The translations under genes and the position numbers were made by a program. The notes beneath the pieces are model-generated. The model ran no database searches. It saw only the letters and a list, made by a program, of their open reading frames with translations, and was not told where the DNA came from. DNA of 64,000 nucleotides from an uncultured Actinomycetes bacterium (GTDB taxonomy: Bacteria; Actinomycetota; Thermoleophilia; UBA2241): the NCBI GenBank assembly GCA_963709345.1, contig CAVPVX010000002.1, positions 288,001-352,000 on the forward strand. Direction: 5' to 3'. Shown one piece after another: positions 1-8,941 of the stretch. The stretch's first letter is position 1. Every line of letters begins with the position of its first letter.

Positions 1-1007
1 GCGCCGGTGCCGTAGCCCATGAGCACGTAGTCGCTGATCCAGATCGGGACCGGCGCGTCGTTCACGGGGTTGACCGCGTACGCGCCGATGAAGACGCCCG
101 TCTTGTCCTTCTCGGTGCTGAGACGCTCGATCTCGCTCTGGCGCCGGGCCTCGTCCTGATACGCCTTCACCGCATCCTGATGCTCCGGCGCAGTGAGCTC
201 ATCGACGAGCGGGTGCTCCGGCGCCAGCACCATGTAGGTGGCGCCGAAGAGCGTGTCGGGCCGCGTCGTGAACACCGTGAGCGTGTCGTCGCCCCCCTGA
301 AGCCCGAAGTCGACCTCGGCGCCCTCGCTGCGCCCGATCCAGTTCGTCTGCATCAGCTTGATCTGCTCGGGCCAGTCGATCGTCCCGAGGTCGTCAAGCA
401 GCCGCTGCGCGTAGTCGGTGATGCGCAGGTACCACTGCTCGAGGCCCTTCTTCGTCACGTCGCTGCCGCAGCGCCAGCACTTGCCCTGCTCGACCTGCTC
501 ATTGGCGAGGATCGTCAGGCAGCTCGGGCACCACCACTGCTGGCCCGTCGCCTGATACGCCAGACCTCGCTCGTGGAGCAGCAGGAAGAACCACTGCGTC
601 CAGCGGTAGTAGTCCGGGGAGCAGCTGGTGATCTCGCGCGACCAGTCGAAGGACAGGCCGATCAGGTCCATCTGACGATGGTAGTTGGCGATGTTGCGCT
701 CGGTGGTGACGCGCGGGTGCACGCCCATCTTGATGGCGTAGTTCTCCGCCGGCAGGCCGAAGGCGTCCCAGCCCATCGGGTGAAGCACGTTGTGACCCTG
801 CATGCGCTTCAGCCGCGCGACCGCGTCGGTAGGCACGTAGTTCCGGCAGTGGCCGACGCTCAGCCCGTCGCCGGAGGGGTACGGGAAGAAGTCGAGGGCG
901 TAGAACCTGGGCTTGTCGCTCTCGTCAGGCGTGCGGTAGGCGCCCGCTTCCTTCCAGAGGCGCTGCCACTTCGGCTCGATCACCTGCGGGTCGTAACGTC
1001 GGTCCAT
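1..1007 (-). CDS. leuS: Leucyl-tRNA synthetase, N-terminal part (runs off the window start)
   Basis: Manual translation from ATG at 1007: [18 protein letters not shown]...[18 protein letters not shown]...[17 protein letters not shown]...Zn knuckle CPSC...CWRC...[10 protein letters not shown]. Absent from the ORF track because it has no stop in the window. Confidence 0.97.
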   Translation of the reverse strand, partial: MDRRYDPQVIEPKWQRLWKEAGAYRTPDESDKPRFYALDFFPYPSGDGLSVGHCRNYVPTDAVARLKRMQGHNVLHPMGWDAFGLPAENYAIKMGVHPRVTTERNIANYHRQMDLIGLSFDWSREITSCSPDYYRWTQWFFLLLHERGLAYQATGQQWWCPSCLTILANEQVEQGKCWRCGSDVTKKGLEQWYLRITDYAQRLLDDLGTIDWPEQIKLMQTNWIGRSEGAEVDFGLQGGDDTLTVFTTRPDTLFGATYMVLAPEHPLVDELTAPEHQDAVKAYQDEARRQSEIERLSTEKDKTGVFIGAYAVNPVNDAPVPIWISDYVLMGYGTG

Positions 1008-1131
1008 GCGGTCCTCTCTGGCAGCGATACACGGCACGCCGGCGATCGCGGCTCGACCGGCTCACCTACGAGGGCGAGCCGCGGGCGTGCGGTTCACGAT
1101 TCTACATGAGCCGGAGGCCGGCGCCTGCGGC

Positions 1132-2559
1132 TCAGGGGCCGAAGGGCGTGTAGCTCACGACCGTCCTGCCGTCCCCCGAGTACGAGAGCGTGGTGACGCC
1201 GACGAGGTGCGGCGTGCCGGCGCGCGAGAAATCCACGAGCTGGAAGGTGTACACGTCGCGGCTGCCGGCGGCCGGCTCCGCGACCTGCCGCTCGTCCGCC
1301 GAGCCGATCGACTCGTACCCCGAGGCGCCGGCCGTGCCCGCGTCCACGAGCACGACGCTGCCCTGCCGTCGCAGGCCGGCGACGTGGTCGTTGCCGTAGG
1401 CCACGAGCAGATCGCGATCGGCCTCCTCGGCCGCGTCGATCGTCGCCAGAGCCTGACGGATGTCATGCACGAGCAGGATCTGCGGCTCCGGATCGGCCAG
1501 CTCCCACAGCGTGGCAAGCCACGCGCCGGAGGTCGCCAGTCCGTCGAGATCGGATGCGACCCGTGAAGACCGCGCCACCGGGTCGGACGCCCCGAGGACG
1601 GTCACGCCGGCGATCGTCGTCGCCGACCCGTCGAGGACCTGGTAGCCGGCGTCCGCGAAGACCCGCACAGCCGGCTCGTCCTCGTGGTTGCCTCCCACGA
1701 CGAGCACCGGCGCATCCGTCCGTCCAAAGACGCGAACGAAGAGCCGCGCTTCCTCGCCGGTGCCACGGTCGGTGATGTCGCCGGCCAGGAGCACTGCGTC
1801 CACCGGGCTGCCGTCGGCGACGGCGAGACGGGCGACGGCACGAGCGCCGAACACGTTGTCATGGATGTCGCTGGCAAGCAGGAAGCGCACCACATCGGCG
1901 CGCACCGGCCGCCTCGGCTCGAGCTGCAGCTGCGCCGCGACCGCCTCGAGCCCGTCGAAGAAGTCGTGCAGGCGGCTCAGGCTGTCGCCCTGGTCGCCGC
2001 CCGTACTGAGGGCGCGAAGCAGGGGCAGGATCTCGGGGACCTTCGTCGCCAGACCCCGATACTCGACGGACGGGGTGCGGTCGAGCGTGGAGTAGCTGAC
2101 CGCCGCCACGGCGCCCCCGATGGAGAGCGCGACCACGACACCGGCGACGCCCGCCCACACCAGGCGCCGGCGCGTCCACGCCCCGGCCACCAGAAGGCCG
2201 GCGGCCGCCCCGATCAGGACGAGCCAGGGGATTCGGCTCTGCAGGTACCGCGTGAAGGCGGCCTGCGCCCCTCCTTCCAACTGCTGCACGTCGCGGGCGG
2301 ACCCATTCTCGTCGAGGAGGGCCGCCGTCTGCGACGGCAGACGGTACGTCATGAGCACGTCCACCGGCGTCCGGTGCGTACGCAGAGAAAGCTCGCCGGC
2401 CGGCCCCAGCGGCATGATCAGCCGACCGCCGGGCCACGCCGGCTTGAGCTGGAAGGCCACCGATCCGGCCGGCACGTCGTAGCTCGACTCGGCCTGGAAC
2501 AGGAGGAGGCCGGCGATCAGGAGCGCCACCAGCGCCGCGCGCGCCACAAGGTCGAGCAT
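1132..2559 (-). CDS. Membrane-anchored calcineurin-like metallophosphoesterase
   Basis: Motifs SDIHDN, AGDITD, GGNHE and VHD, preceded by hydrophobic helices. Start uncertain (ATG 2559 versus ORF start 2667). Confidence 0.8.
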   Translation of the reverse strand: MLDLVARAALVALLIAGLLLFQAESSYDVPAGSVAFQLKPAWPGGRLIMPLGPAGELSLRTHRTPVDVLMTYRLPSQTAALLDENGSARDVQQLEGGAQAAFTRYLQSRIPWLVLIGAAAGLLVAGAWTRRRLVWAGVAGVVVALSIGGAVAAVSYSTLDRTPSVEYRGLATKVPEILPLLRALSTGGDQGDSLSRLHDFFDGLEAVAAQLQLEPRRPVRADVVRFLLASDIHDNVFGARAVARLAVADGSPVDAVLLAGDITDRGTGEEARLFVRVFGRTDAPVLVVGGNHEDEPAVRVFADAGYQVLDGSATTIAGVTVLGASDPVARSSRVASDLDGLATSGAWLATLWELADPEPQILLVHDIRQALATIDAAEEADRDLLVAYGNDHVAGLRRQGSVVLVDAGTAGASGYESIGSADERQVAEPAAGSRDVYTFQLVDFSRAGTPHLVGVTTLSYSGDGRTVVSYTPFGP

Positions 2560-2690
2560 CCGCGCGCCGCATCGCAGCGCTCTCAGGCCCGGATCGTCCG
2601 TTTGTTCGTCCACCGTGCCGCTCACCTCCGCGCCTCGTCCAGACCTGTCGCAAGCCCTCACGACCATGGTACCCGACCGGCCGGGGCAGC

Positions 2691-2718
2691 TTGCCGGAGA
2701 GGGCGGATATGCTATACT
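2691..2718 (+). promoter_or_regulatory. Housekeeping sigma promoter for tRNA-Ala
   Basis: TTGCCG (2691) N16 TATACT (2713), with an extended -10 TG, about 35 nt before the tRNA. Confidence 0.65.
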
Positions 2719-2753
2719 TTCGTGCCTGTCGGCGCCGCCGGCAGCCCTTCGGT

Positions 2754-2829
2754 GGGGGTATAGCTCAGTTGGGAGAGCGTTTGGCTGGCAGCCAAAAGGT
2801 CACCGGTTCGAGCCCGGTTACCTCCACCA
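2754..2829 (+). tRNA. tRNA-Ala (anticodon GGC)
   Basis: 76-nt cloverleaf. Acceptor stem GGGGGTA/TACCTCC with the G3:U70 Ala identity pair, anticodon arm TTTGG-CT-GGC-AG-CCAAA, T-loop GGTTCGAG, encoded CCA end. Confidence 0.98.
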
Positions 2830-4391
2830 TCTCGACCACCTCGTCGCCGCTGCCGGTTGCGGCAGCGCCCGCCCCCCGATTCCTGCTCGGCCTCGTCTTC
2901 CTCGCCGGCATCGGCTCCATGGCCAGCGAGATGTGCGCCTCTCGGCTCCTCGCGCCCTACTACGGCTCGTCGACGGTCGTGTGGGCCAACATCATCGGGC
3001 TCATCCTCGCCTCGCTGTCCGTCGGCTACTGGCTCGGTGGGCTTCTCGCCGACCGCCGGCCCTCGCCGTCCCTGCTCGCTACACTCGTGCTGGCCGCGGC
3101 TGCGTGGGTCGCCACGATCCCCTTCGTGGCACGGCCCTTCCTGGATCTGTCGATCAAGGGCATCGAGACCGTCTCGACGGGCGCCGTAGTCGGCTCGTTC
3201 GCCGCGTCCCTCGCCCTGTTCGCGCCGCCGGTGGTGCTGTTCGGCATGGTCACGCCGTTCGCTATCCGGCTCGCGGCGACCGGCGTGGCGGACGCCGGAC
3301 GCGTGGCCGGCCGGGTCTTCGCGCTCTCGACCGCCGGCAGCCTGCTCGGCACCTTCGTGCCGGCACTCGTGACCATCCCGCTCATCGGCACCCAGCGCAC
3401 CCTTATCGGCGCCGCGCTCATCCTCGCTCTGGCGGCGACGCCGCTTCTCAGCCGGCGAGTCTACGGCCTGGCCGCGGCGGCGGTCTTCGCGCTCCTGCTC
3501 GCCGTCCCCCCGGGCGCCGTCAGAGCACAGGACGGCCTGCTTCACGAGGAGGAGTCCACGTACCAATTCATCCAGGTCGTCCAGTCGGGACAGGAGCGCC
3601 GTCTCTACCTCAACGAAGGCATCGCCATCCACTCCGTCTGGCGCCCGGACACGGTGCTGACCGGCGGCGAGTGGGACATGTTCCTCACGGCGCCCCCGCT
3701 CCTCGGACGCCCGGCCACCTGCGTCGCGACGCTGGGCAACGCCGCCGGCACGACGGCCCGGGCGTTCGGCGTCTACTACCCCACCGCGGATATCGACGGC
3801 ATTGAGATCGACCCGGCCGTGAGCGCCGTCGGCCGTCGCTACTTCGGCCTCGATGACAACCCCCGGCTCACGGTCCACACCGCCGACGCGCGGCCGTTTC
3901 TCAAGACGAGCGGGAGGCGCTACGACCTCATCCTGATCGACGCTTATCGTCAGCCGTACGTGCCGTTCTACCTGGCCACGCGCGAGTTCTTCCGTCTGTG
4001 CCGTGAGCGGCTTACGCCCGGCGGCATCGTCGCGCTCAACGTCTCCACGGTGCCCGGCGACGACCGCTTGGCGGAAGCGGTGGCGGGGACGCTGCGAAGC
4101 GAGTTCCCGCAGGTCGTGACCTGGCAGGCGCTGCGCTTCAACCAGTTCGTCGTGGGCCTCACGGAGCCGCAGACTCGCGCCACCCTGGCCGCACGACTCC
4201 AGGATGCCCCCGCCGATCTGCTTCCGCTCGCCGAGCTTTTCGCCCGCGACCTGCGCGAGGCCGCCCCGGCGTCGCGCCCGTGGACCGACGACCGCGCGCC
4301 GGTAGAGTGGATCACCGACAGGATGATCGCCGCCTATGCCCTGCAGGGAGCGACAGCGAGCGAGGACCTCCTCCCCACCGCGCCCCGCTGA
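2829..4391 (+). CDS. Fused membrane domain / spermidine synthase-like SAM-dependent transferase
   Basis: TM helices with RLLAPYYGSSTVVWANIIG and FALSTAGSLLGTF, then a class I SAM fold (LGNAAGT, IEIDP, DARPFL, DLILIDAY). Start codon unresolved (see findings). Confidence 0.85.
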   Translation: MSTTSSPLPVAAAPAPRFLLGLVFLAGIGSMASEMCASRLLAPYYGSSTVVWANIIGLILASLSVGYWLGGLLADRRPSPSLLATLVLAAAAWVATIPFVARPFLDLSIKGIETVSTGAVVGSFAASLALFAPPVVLFGMVTPFAIRLAATGVADAGRVAGRVFALSTAGSLLGTFVPALVTIPLIGTQRTLIGAALILALAATPLLSRRVYGLAAAAVFALLLAVPPGAVRAQDGLLHEEESTYQFIQVVQSGQERRLYLNEGIAIHSVWRPDTVLTGGEWDMFLTAPPLLGRPATCVATLGNAAGTTARAFGVYYPTADIDGIEIDPAVSAVGRRYFGLDDNPRLTVHTADARPFLKTSGRRYDLILIDAYRQPYVPFYLATREFFRLCRERLTPGGIVALNVSTVPGDDRLAEAVAGTLRSEFPQVVTWQALRFNQFVVGLTEPQTRATLAARLQDAPADLLPLAELFARDLREAAPASRPWTDDRAPVEWITDRMIAAYALQGATASEDLLPTAPR

Positions 4392-4459
4392 GGCGGGCGA
4401 CCGCCCGCCACGACGGCGTCTTCGGCCTCGCCCGATGCCCTCGGCGCCCGTCGCGCCGG

Positions 4460-4485
4460 GTTTAGCTGCGGAGTCTGCCGGAAAC
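4460..4485 (+). promoter_or_regulatory. Possible SigB/SigF-type stress promoter
   Basis: GTTTAG-N14-GGAAAC upstream of the anti-sigma factor antagonist gene. Confidence 0.4.
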
Positions 4486-4554
4486 TAACGAGACACGTGC
4501 AGTGAGCGCCCACGAACGGTGCTCGATGCAACCCGTTGGTGGAGGGAGACGCGT

Positions 4555-4914
4555 ATGGAAGACAAGCCGCAGTTCCGCGTCGAGTACGAGAAACCGGCCG
4601 ACGACGTCGGCGTGGTCATGCTCGAGGGCGAAGTAGACATCTATTCCGCGCCGGAGTTCAAGGAAGTGCTGGTCGGTGGCATCGAAGGCGGCGCGAAGCG
4701 GGTGATCGTCGACCTGTCCAGGGTCACGTTCATCGACTCCACGGCCCTGGGTGTCCTTGTGAGCGGTGCGAAACGCGTGCGCCCTCGCAACGGCAATCTC
4801 GACATCGTGTGCACCGACGAGAACATCATCCGCATATTCGAGATCACCGGCCTAGACCGCATCTTCGGGATCTTCCCGAGCAGGGGTGAGGCCATGAAGG
4901 CGGCGTCCCCTTGA
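4555..4914 (+). CDS. Anti-sigma factor antagonist (STAS, RsbV/SpoIIAA-like)
   Basis: GEVDIYSAP...VDLSRVTFIDSTALGVL...FEITGL with the phospho-Ser motif. RBS GGAGG at 4541. Confidence 0.92.
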   Translation: MEDKPQFRVEYEKPADDVGVVMLEGEVDIYSAPEFKEVLVGGIEGGAKRVIVDLSRVTFIDSTALGVLVSGAKRVRPRNGNLDIVCTDENIIRIFEITGLDRIFGIFPSRGEAMKAASP

Positions 4915-4987
4915 GAGACGGGACGCCGGGACGACACCGAGAGACGACCGCCGGCAGGTCACGGGGCGGTCGTCGGGGGCGATCAAG

Positions 4988-5371
4988 ATGGAGTTGCGCA
5001 GCTCGAGAAAGCTTCGCGGCAGCGGACTCCACGACGTGGCCGACGTGATGCTGAAGACGAAGACATATGGAGTCGGGCGGATCTGCAGGGTTGATGGATG
5101 CGGGACGCGCCTCTCGGCCTACAACCCGTCGAGCGTGTGCGCGTTGCACGGTGGGGCCTGGCAGGAGGAGTATCACCGCAGCGCGCGCAGGGCGAGCCGG
5201 CGCGAAGAGATCATGCGCCGCTGCGCGTTCGAGCCGTGCGGCCGTGAGTTCGTCACCACGAACCCCGCGAAGAAGTACTGCTGTGACGCCTGCCGCATGA
5301 AGGCCTTCCAGGCACGGGTCATGACGGCCCGGCGCATGGGCGACGTCAGCGCCCAGCGCCGCGCGAGCTGA
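4988..5371 (+). CDS. Small double zinc-finger protein (C-terminal finger CGNR-like)
   Basis: CRVDGC...CALH and CAFEPC...KKYCCDACR, Arg-rich. Confidence 0.65.
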   Translation: MELRSSRKLRGSGLHDVADVMLKTKTYGVGRICRVDGCGTRLSAYNPSSVCALHGGAWQEEYHRSARRASRREEIMRRCAFEPCGREFVTTNPAKKYCCDACRMKAFQARVMTARRMGDVSAQRRAS

Positions 5372-5423
5372 CCCGACGACCGAACCGCCGCCGAAGACCG
5401 CCCGCGGGCCCGGCCGCCAGGAT

Positions 5424-5915
5424 TCAGACCGGCCTGGGCGTATCCAACGTCTCCGCGGGAAGACCGCTCGGGGGTATCACCGGCAGCGGCCCCGCCATCA
5501 CGCTCTGCACTGCCGAGTCCACCGAGTCGAAGACGGGGATGACGTTGTGCAGCCCCACCACGCCGAAGACTCGCCTCACCTGACCCCCGGGACGCGCCAG
5601 CAGCAACTCCCGCCGCTTCGCTCTCTGCGCGCGGCTGAGCTTGAGCAGGAACGCCACGAAGCTGGAGTCGATGAACGTCGTCGAAGCGAGGTCGATAACA
5701 AGATGCTGCTGGTGATAGAGCGGCCCGAGGCTCCGTCGCAAATAGCGGTCGATGTCGGGCACGGTGTCCAGGTCGAACTCGCCCGCCAACTCGAGTACCG
5801 GCGGCACACCCTCTCCAGTGTCGGCGGCCGGCGACCGCAACCGCACCATGCCCGGCTGCGCCGCCGGTCGATCGATGATCACTCTCTGCCCCACACTGCC
5901 CTGCCTCCCCACCAT
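5424..5915 (-). CDS. STAS domain protein (anti-anti-sigma-like)
   Basis: LAGEFDLDTVP...IDLASTTFIDSS...VRRVFGVVGL. Start uncertain. Confidence 0.8.
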   Translation of the reverse strand: MVGRQGSVGQRVIIDRPAAQPGMVRLRSPAADTGEGVPPVLELAGEFDLDTVPDIDRYLRRSLGPLYHQQHLVIDLASTTFIDSSFVAFLLKLSRAQRAKRRELLLARPGGQVRRVFGVVGLHNVIPVFDSVDSAVQSVMAGPLPVIPPSGLPAETLDTPRPV

Positions 5916-5999
5916 GCAGCACGCCCGGCGCCTCAGTGCAGCGAAGCGCCATCCGATGAACCAGCCCCCTGTGTCCCGGTCATGCGTTGAAGACGCTAG

Positions 6000-6173
6000 G
6001 CGACACGGGCTCCGCTGTAAAGGCTTTTTGAGTGAGGTTCGGCAGCTTCGCCGCTGAGGCTCTTGGGCACACTGAGGGAGTGGCGCAGACCCTCGACCAT
6101 TCGTTGAGGAAGTCTCAGGTACGACTTGAGGCCGTCGCCCGCACCCCGTCCGGGCGCGGCAGGCCCACGTCGC
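6000..6173. ncRNA. Candidate ~175-nt structured non-coding RNA, family unassigned
   Basis: Nested long-range complementarity found by eye across the secF-STAS intergenic region (see findings). Confidence 0.35.
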
Positions 6174-6191
6174 TCGCAGAGCCGAGAGCCG

Positions 6192-7160
6192 TCAGGCCTG
6201 CTCGCTCCGCGCTGCCGCCCTGAGCTTGCGATACTGCGGCTCGCGCTCCTTGAGCACCGTCACGATCGGGCTCGCGACGAAGATCGACGAGTACGCTCCT
6301 GCGAGGATGCCGACGAGCAGCGCGAAGGCGAAATCCTGGAGCGTGCCGCCGCCGAAGACAAGGAGTGCAACGACCGGCAGCAGCGTCGTCAGAGTGGTGT
6401 TGAAGGAGCGCGTCAGCGTCCCCCATAGCGAGATGTTGACCATGTCGCCGTAGGGGATGCGGTTGAAGCGGGGCTCGTTCTCCCGGATCCGGTCGAAGAT
6501 GATGACCGTGTCGTAGAGGGAGTAGCCGAGGATCGTGAGCACTGCCGCGATGGTCGCCGTGGTCACCTCGTGACCGGTGATCGAATACACGCCGACCACG
6601 ACCAGAAGGTCGTGGATCTCGGCGCCCACCGCCCCGATGGCGAATCGCCACTGGAAGCGGATGGTGACGTAGACGAGGATGAGCAGAAGGGCAAGGGTGA
6701 CGGCCTTCAGTGACGAACTCACGACCTGCCGCCCGAAGGTGGCGCCGACAGTCTGCAACGAGAAGACCTCGGCGCCGCCGGTGGACGCGATGGTATATTG
6801 CTCGTCCAGCGTAGCCTTGAACGCGTCCTGCTGGGGCGGCGTGAGCACCGCTGTCTGGATCTGGAAGCCCGCGAGACCGCTGCCGGCGATGTCGGGTGTC
6901 TCCTGGATCTGAGCCTTGGGGTACCCCGCTTCAGCGACCACGCGGCGTACTTCGGCAAGGCTCGGCGACTCCTCGAAGGCAACGGCGATGCGCGTGCCCT
7001 CGTTGAACTCGAGGCCGTAGTTGAGGCCCTGCACCGGGTTGCCGCCGCCCTTCACGAACAGGCTGACGAGCCCGGCTGCGATGACGATGGCGGAGAAGGT
7101 GAACCACCACGCCTTGTGGCCCATGTAGTCGAACGAGTAGATGCGGCGGAAGATCTTCAC
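6192..7160 (-). CDS. secF: Protein translocase subunit SecF
   Basis: GLEFNEGT, HDLLVV, LTILGYSLYDTVIIFDRIRE, TLTRSFNT, GAYSSIFVASP. Confidence 0.96.
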   Translation of the reverse strand: MKIFRRIYSFDYMGHKAWWFTFSAIVIAAGLVSLFVKGGGNPVQGLNYGLEFNEGTRIAVAFEESPSLAEVRRVVAEAGYPKAQIQETPDIAGSGLAGFQIQTAVLTPPQQDAFKATLDEQYTIASTGGAEVFSLQTVGATFGRQVVSSSLKAVTLALLLILVYVTIRFQWRFAIGAVGAEIHDLLVVVGVYSITGHEVTTATIAAVLTILGYSLYDTVIIFDRIRENEPRFNRIPYGDMVNISLWGTLTRSFNTTLTTLLPVVALLVFGGGTLQDFAFALLVGILAGAYSSIFVASPIVTVLKEREPQYRKLRAAARSEQA

Positions 7161-7164
7161 GGCG

Positions 7165-8808
7165 TCATCTCCGCTTCTTGTGCTTGCGCGAGGTCGAGGC
7201 GCGGCGACCGCCGCCTGCCGGCTTGCCGGACTTCGCGGCGACCGACGCCGCAGACCCGGCCTCTGCCACGGCGGGAGCGCCAGACGCGGACGTGGCGCCG
7301 CGGCGGCGGCGAGAGGCCGACAGCCGGTCGTCGGCCAGCGCGCCTTGGTCGACGTCGATCTGGCCGGCGCGCACGCCCACGAGGGACGGCCGGTTGAAGA
7401 AGGCGAAACTCGAGAGCACGCCCAGCATGGCGCGGGTGAAGAGGACCGCGGTGAGCATGCTCATCAGCACGCCGAGGATCAGCGTGAGCGCGAAGCCCTT
7501 GGGCTGAGCGGTCGCGAAGAAGAAGAGGACGAGCGCCGTCATGACGATGAGGGCGTTGGCGTCGAGGATGGTCTTGAAGCCGCGGGCGTAGCCCGAGCTG
7601 ACCGCCGAGCGCACCGTCTTGCCGCGGCGCACTTCTTCCTTGATGCGCTCGAAGATGACCACGTTCGCGTCGGCGGCGACGCCGATCGTGAGTATCATGC
7701 CGGCGATGCCGGGAAGCGTGAGCGTCACGGGGATGACGCTGAAGAGCCCCCAGAGCAGGATGCCGTAGACGATGATCGCGAGGTCGGCGACCAGCCCGAG
7801 GACGCGGTAGTAGAACACCATGTAGATGAGCACGAGGCCGAGACCGAGGAGACCCGCAAAGAGGCCCTGGTTCAGCGAGTCCTTGCCCAGCGTCGCGGAG
7901 ACCTGCTGCTGGAACGCCGGCTCCAGCTTGACCGGGAGCGCGCCGGTGTTGAGGACGAAGGCAAGATCCTTTGACTCCTGGACGGTCATGTTGCCGCCGC
8001 TGATCTCGGCCCCGCCGCTGATGCCGTCGCGAAGACCCGGATCGGTGTAGTCGATCATCGGGTCCGATTCCATGACGTTGTCGAGGACGATCGCGAACGT
8101 CTGCGGCTCCTGCTTGAGCAGCCCGCTGCGGAACAGCTCTCGGGTGACCTGCTGAAACTGCTTGCTGCCCTCGCTCGTGAAGTCGATGAGGACGTTGGGC
8201 TTGTTCGTCTGGCCATCGAAGCCCGCGCGGGCGCTCTTGACGGCCGCCCCCGTCATGACCGGCGGCCGCGCGTACACGAACCACTGCTCGGGGATACCGT
8301 TCTCCGTGTCCGCTTCGCTCACCACGAGCGAGTACCCCTCGCTCGTGCCCTCCGCCTCGAGTTGGTCGATCTCGGCCTTGGACGCTCCTTGGACCTTGAG
8401 CTCCTGGAGGGCGGCTTCCTTGCTCTCGACCGGACCCACCGGCCGCGAAGCCGGGTCGTCCTTGAAGAACTCGAGTTGGGCCGTCTTGCCGATCACCTTG
8501 AGCGCCTGGTCGGCGTCCTCGATGCCGGGAAGCGCTACAGAGATCTGGTCGGCGCCCTGCTTCTGGATCTGGGACTCCGTGACGCCCAGCCCGTTGACGC
8601 GCCGGTCGAGGATCGCGACCGTCTGGTCGAGTTGCGTCTGGCTGGGCACGTCGCCCTCGGACGTCTTGGCGACGTACACGATCTCGAGGCCGCCCTGCAG
8701 GTCGAGACCCAGCCGGGTCTTCACGCTCGGCGGGATGATGAAGTACAGCGAGACCGCCACGAGGGCGGCCATGCCGATCAGGATAATGGCGTTTCGGTGT
8801 TTTCTCAC
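7165..8808 (-). CDS. secD: Protein translocase subunit SecD
   Basis: LGLDLQGG, RRVNGLGVTE, GALPV, TLTLPGIAGMILTIGVAADANVVIFERIKEE. Confidence 0.97.
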   Translation of the reverse strand: MRKHRNAIILIGMAALVAVSLYFIIPPSVKTRLGLDLQGGLEIVYVAKTSEGDVPSQTQLDQTVAILDRRVNGLGVTESQIQKQGADQISVALPGIEDADQALKVIGKTAQLEFFKDDPASRPVGPVESKEAALQELKVQGASKAEIDQLEAEGTSEGYSLVVSEADTENGIPEQWFVYARPPVMTGAAVKSARAGFDGQTNKPNVLIDFTSEGSKQFQQVTRELFRSGLLKQEPQTFAIVLDNVMESDPMIDYTDPGLRDGISGGAEISGGNMTVQESKDLAFVLNTGALPVKLEPAFQQQVSATLGKDSLNQGLFAGLLGLGLVLIYMVFYYRVLGLVADLAIIVYGILLWGLFSVIPVTLTLPGIAGMILTIGVAADANVVIFERIKEEVRRGKTVRSAVSSGYARGFKTILDANALIVMTALVLFFFATAQPKGFALTLILGVLMSMLTAVLFTRAMLGVLSSFAFFNRPSLVGVRAGQIDVDQGALADDRLSASRRRRGATSASGAPAVAEAGSAASVAAKSGKPAGGGRRASTSRKHKKRR

Positions 8809-8883
8809 AGGCTCACAGTATGCGGGGTCCCAGAAGGGGCCGTCAGGCGGTAGAGCGTATCCGACGCGGTGGAGACGCGCAAC

Positions 8884-8918
8884 TTCGCGGCCGGAGGCCG
8901 CCGGCCTCCGGCCGCGAA
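8884..8918 (-). terminator. GC-rich hairpin downstream of ftsZ
   Basis: TTCGCGGCCGGAGGCC-GCC-GGCCTCCGGCCGCGAA, perfect 16-bp stem. Confidence 0.65.
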
Positions 8919-8941
8919 ACTACGGCGTCGTCGAGTCACTC

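Noticed and set aside
2754-2900. Integrative element at tRNA-Ala
   Set aside because: No integrase, no duplicated tRNA 3' end and no compositional shift were seen.
6010-6130. Matches to c-di-GMP-II, cobalamin, glycine, TPP or SAM riboswitches
   Set aside because: Only isolated words match (TGGGCAC, CTGTAA, CTCAGGT). The spacing and other required elements are missing.
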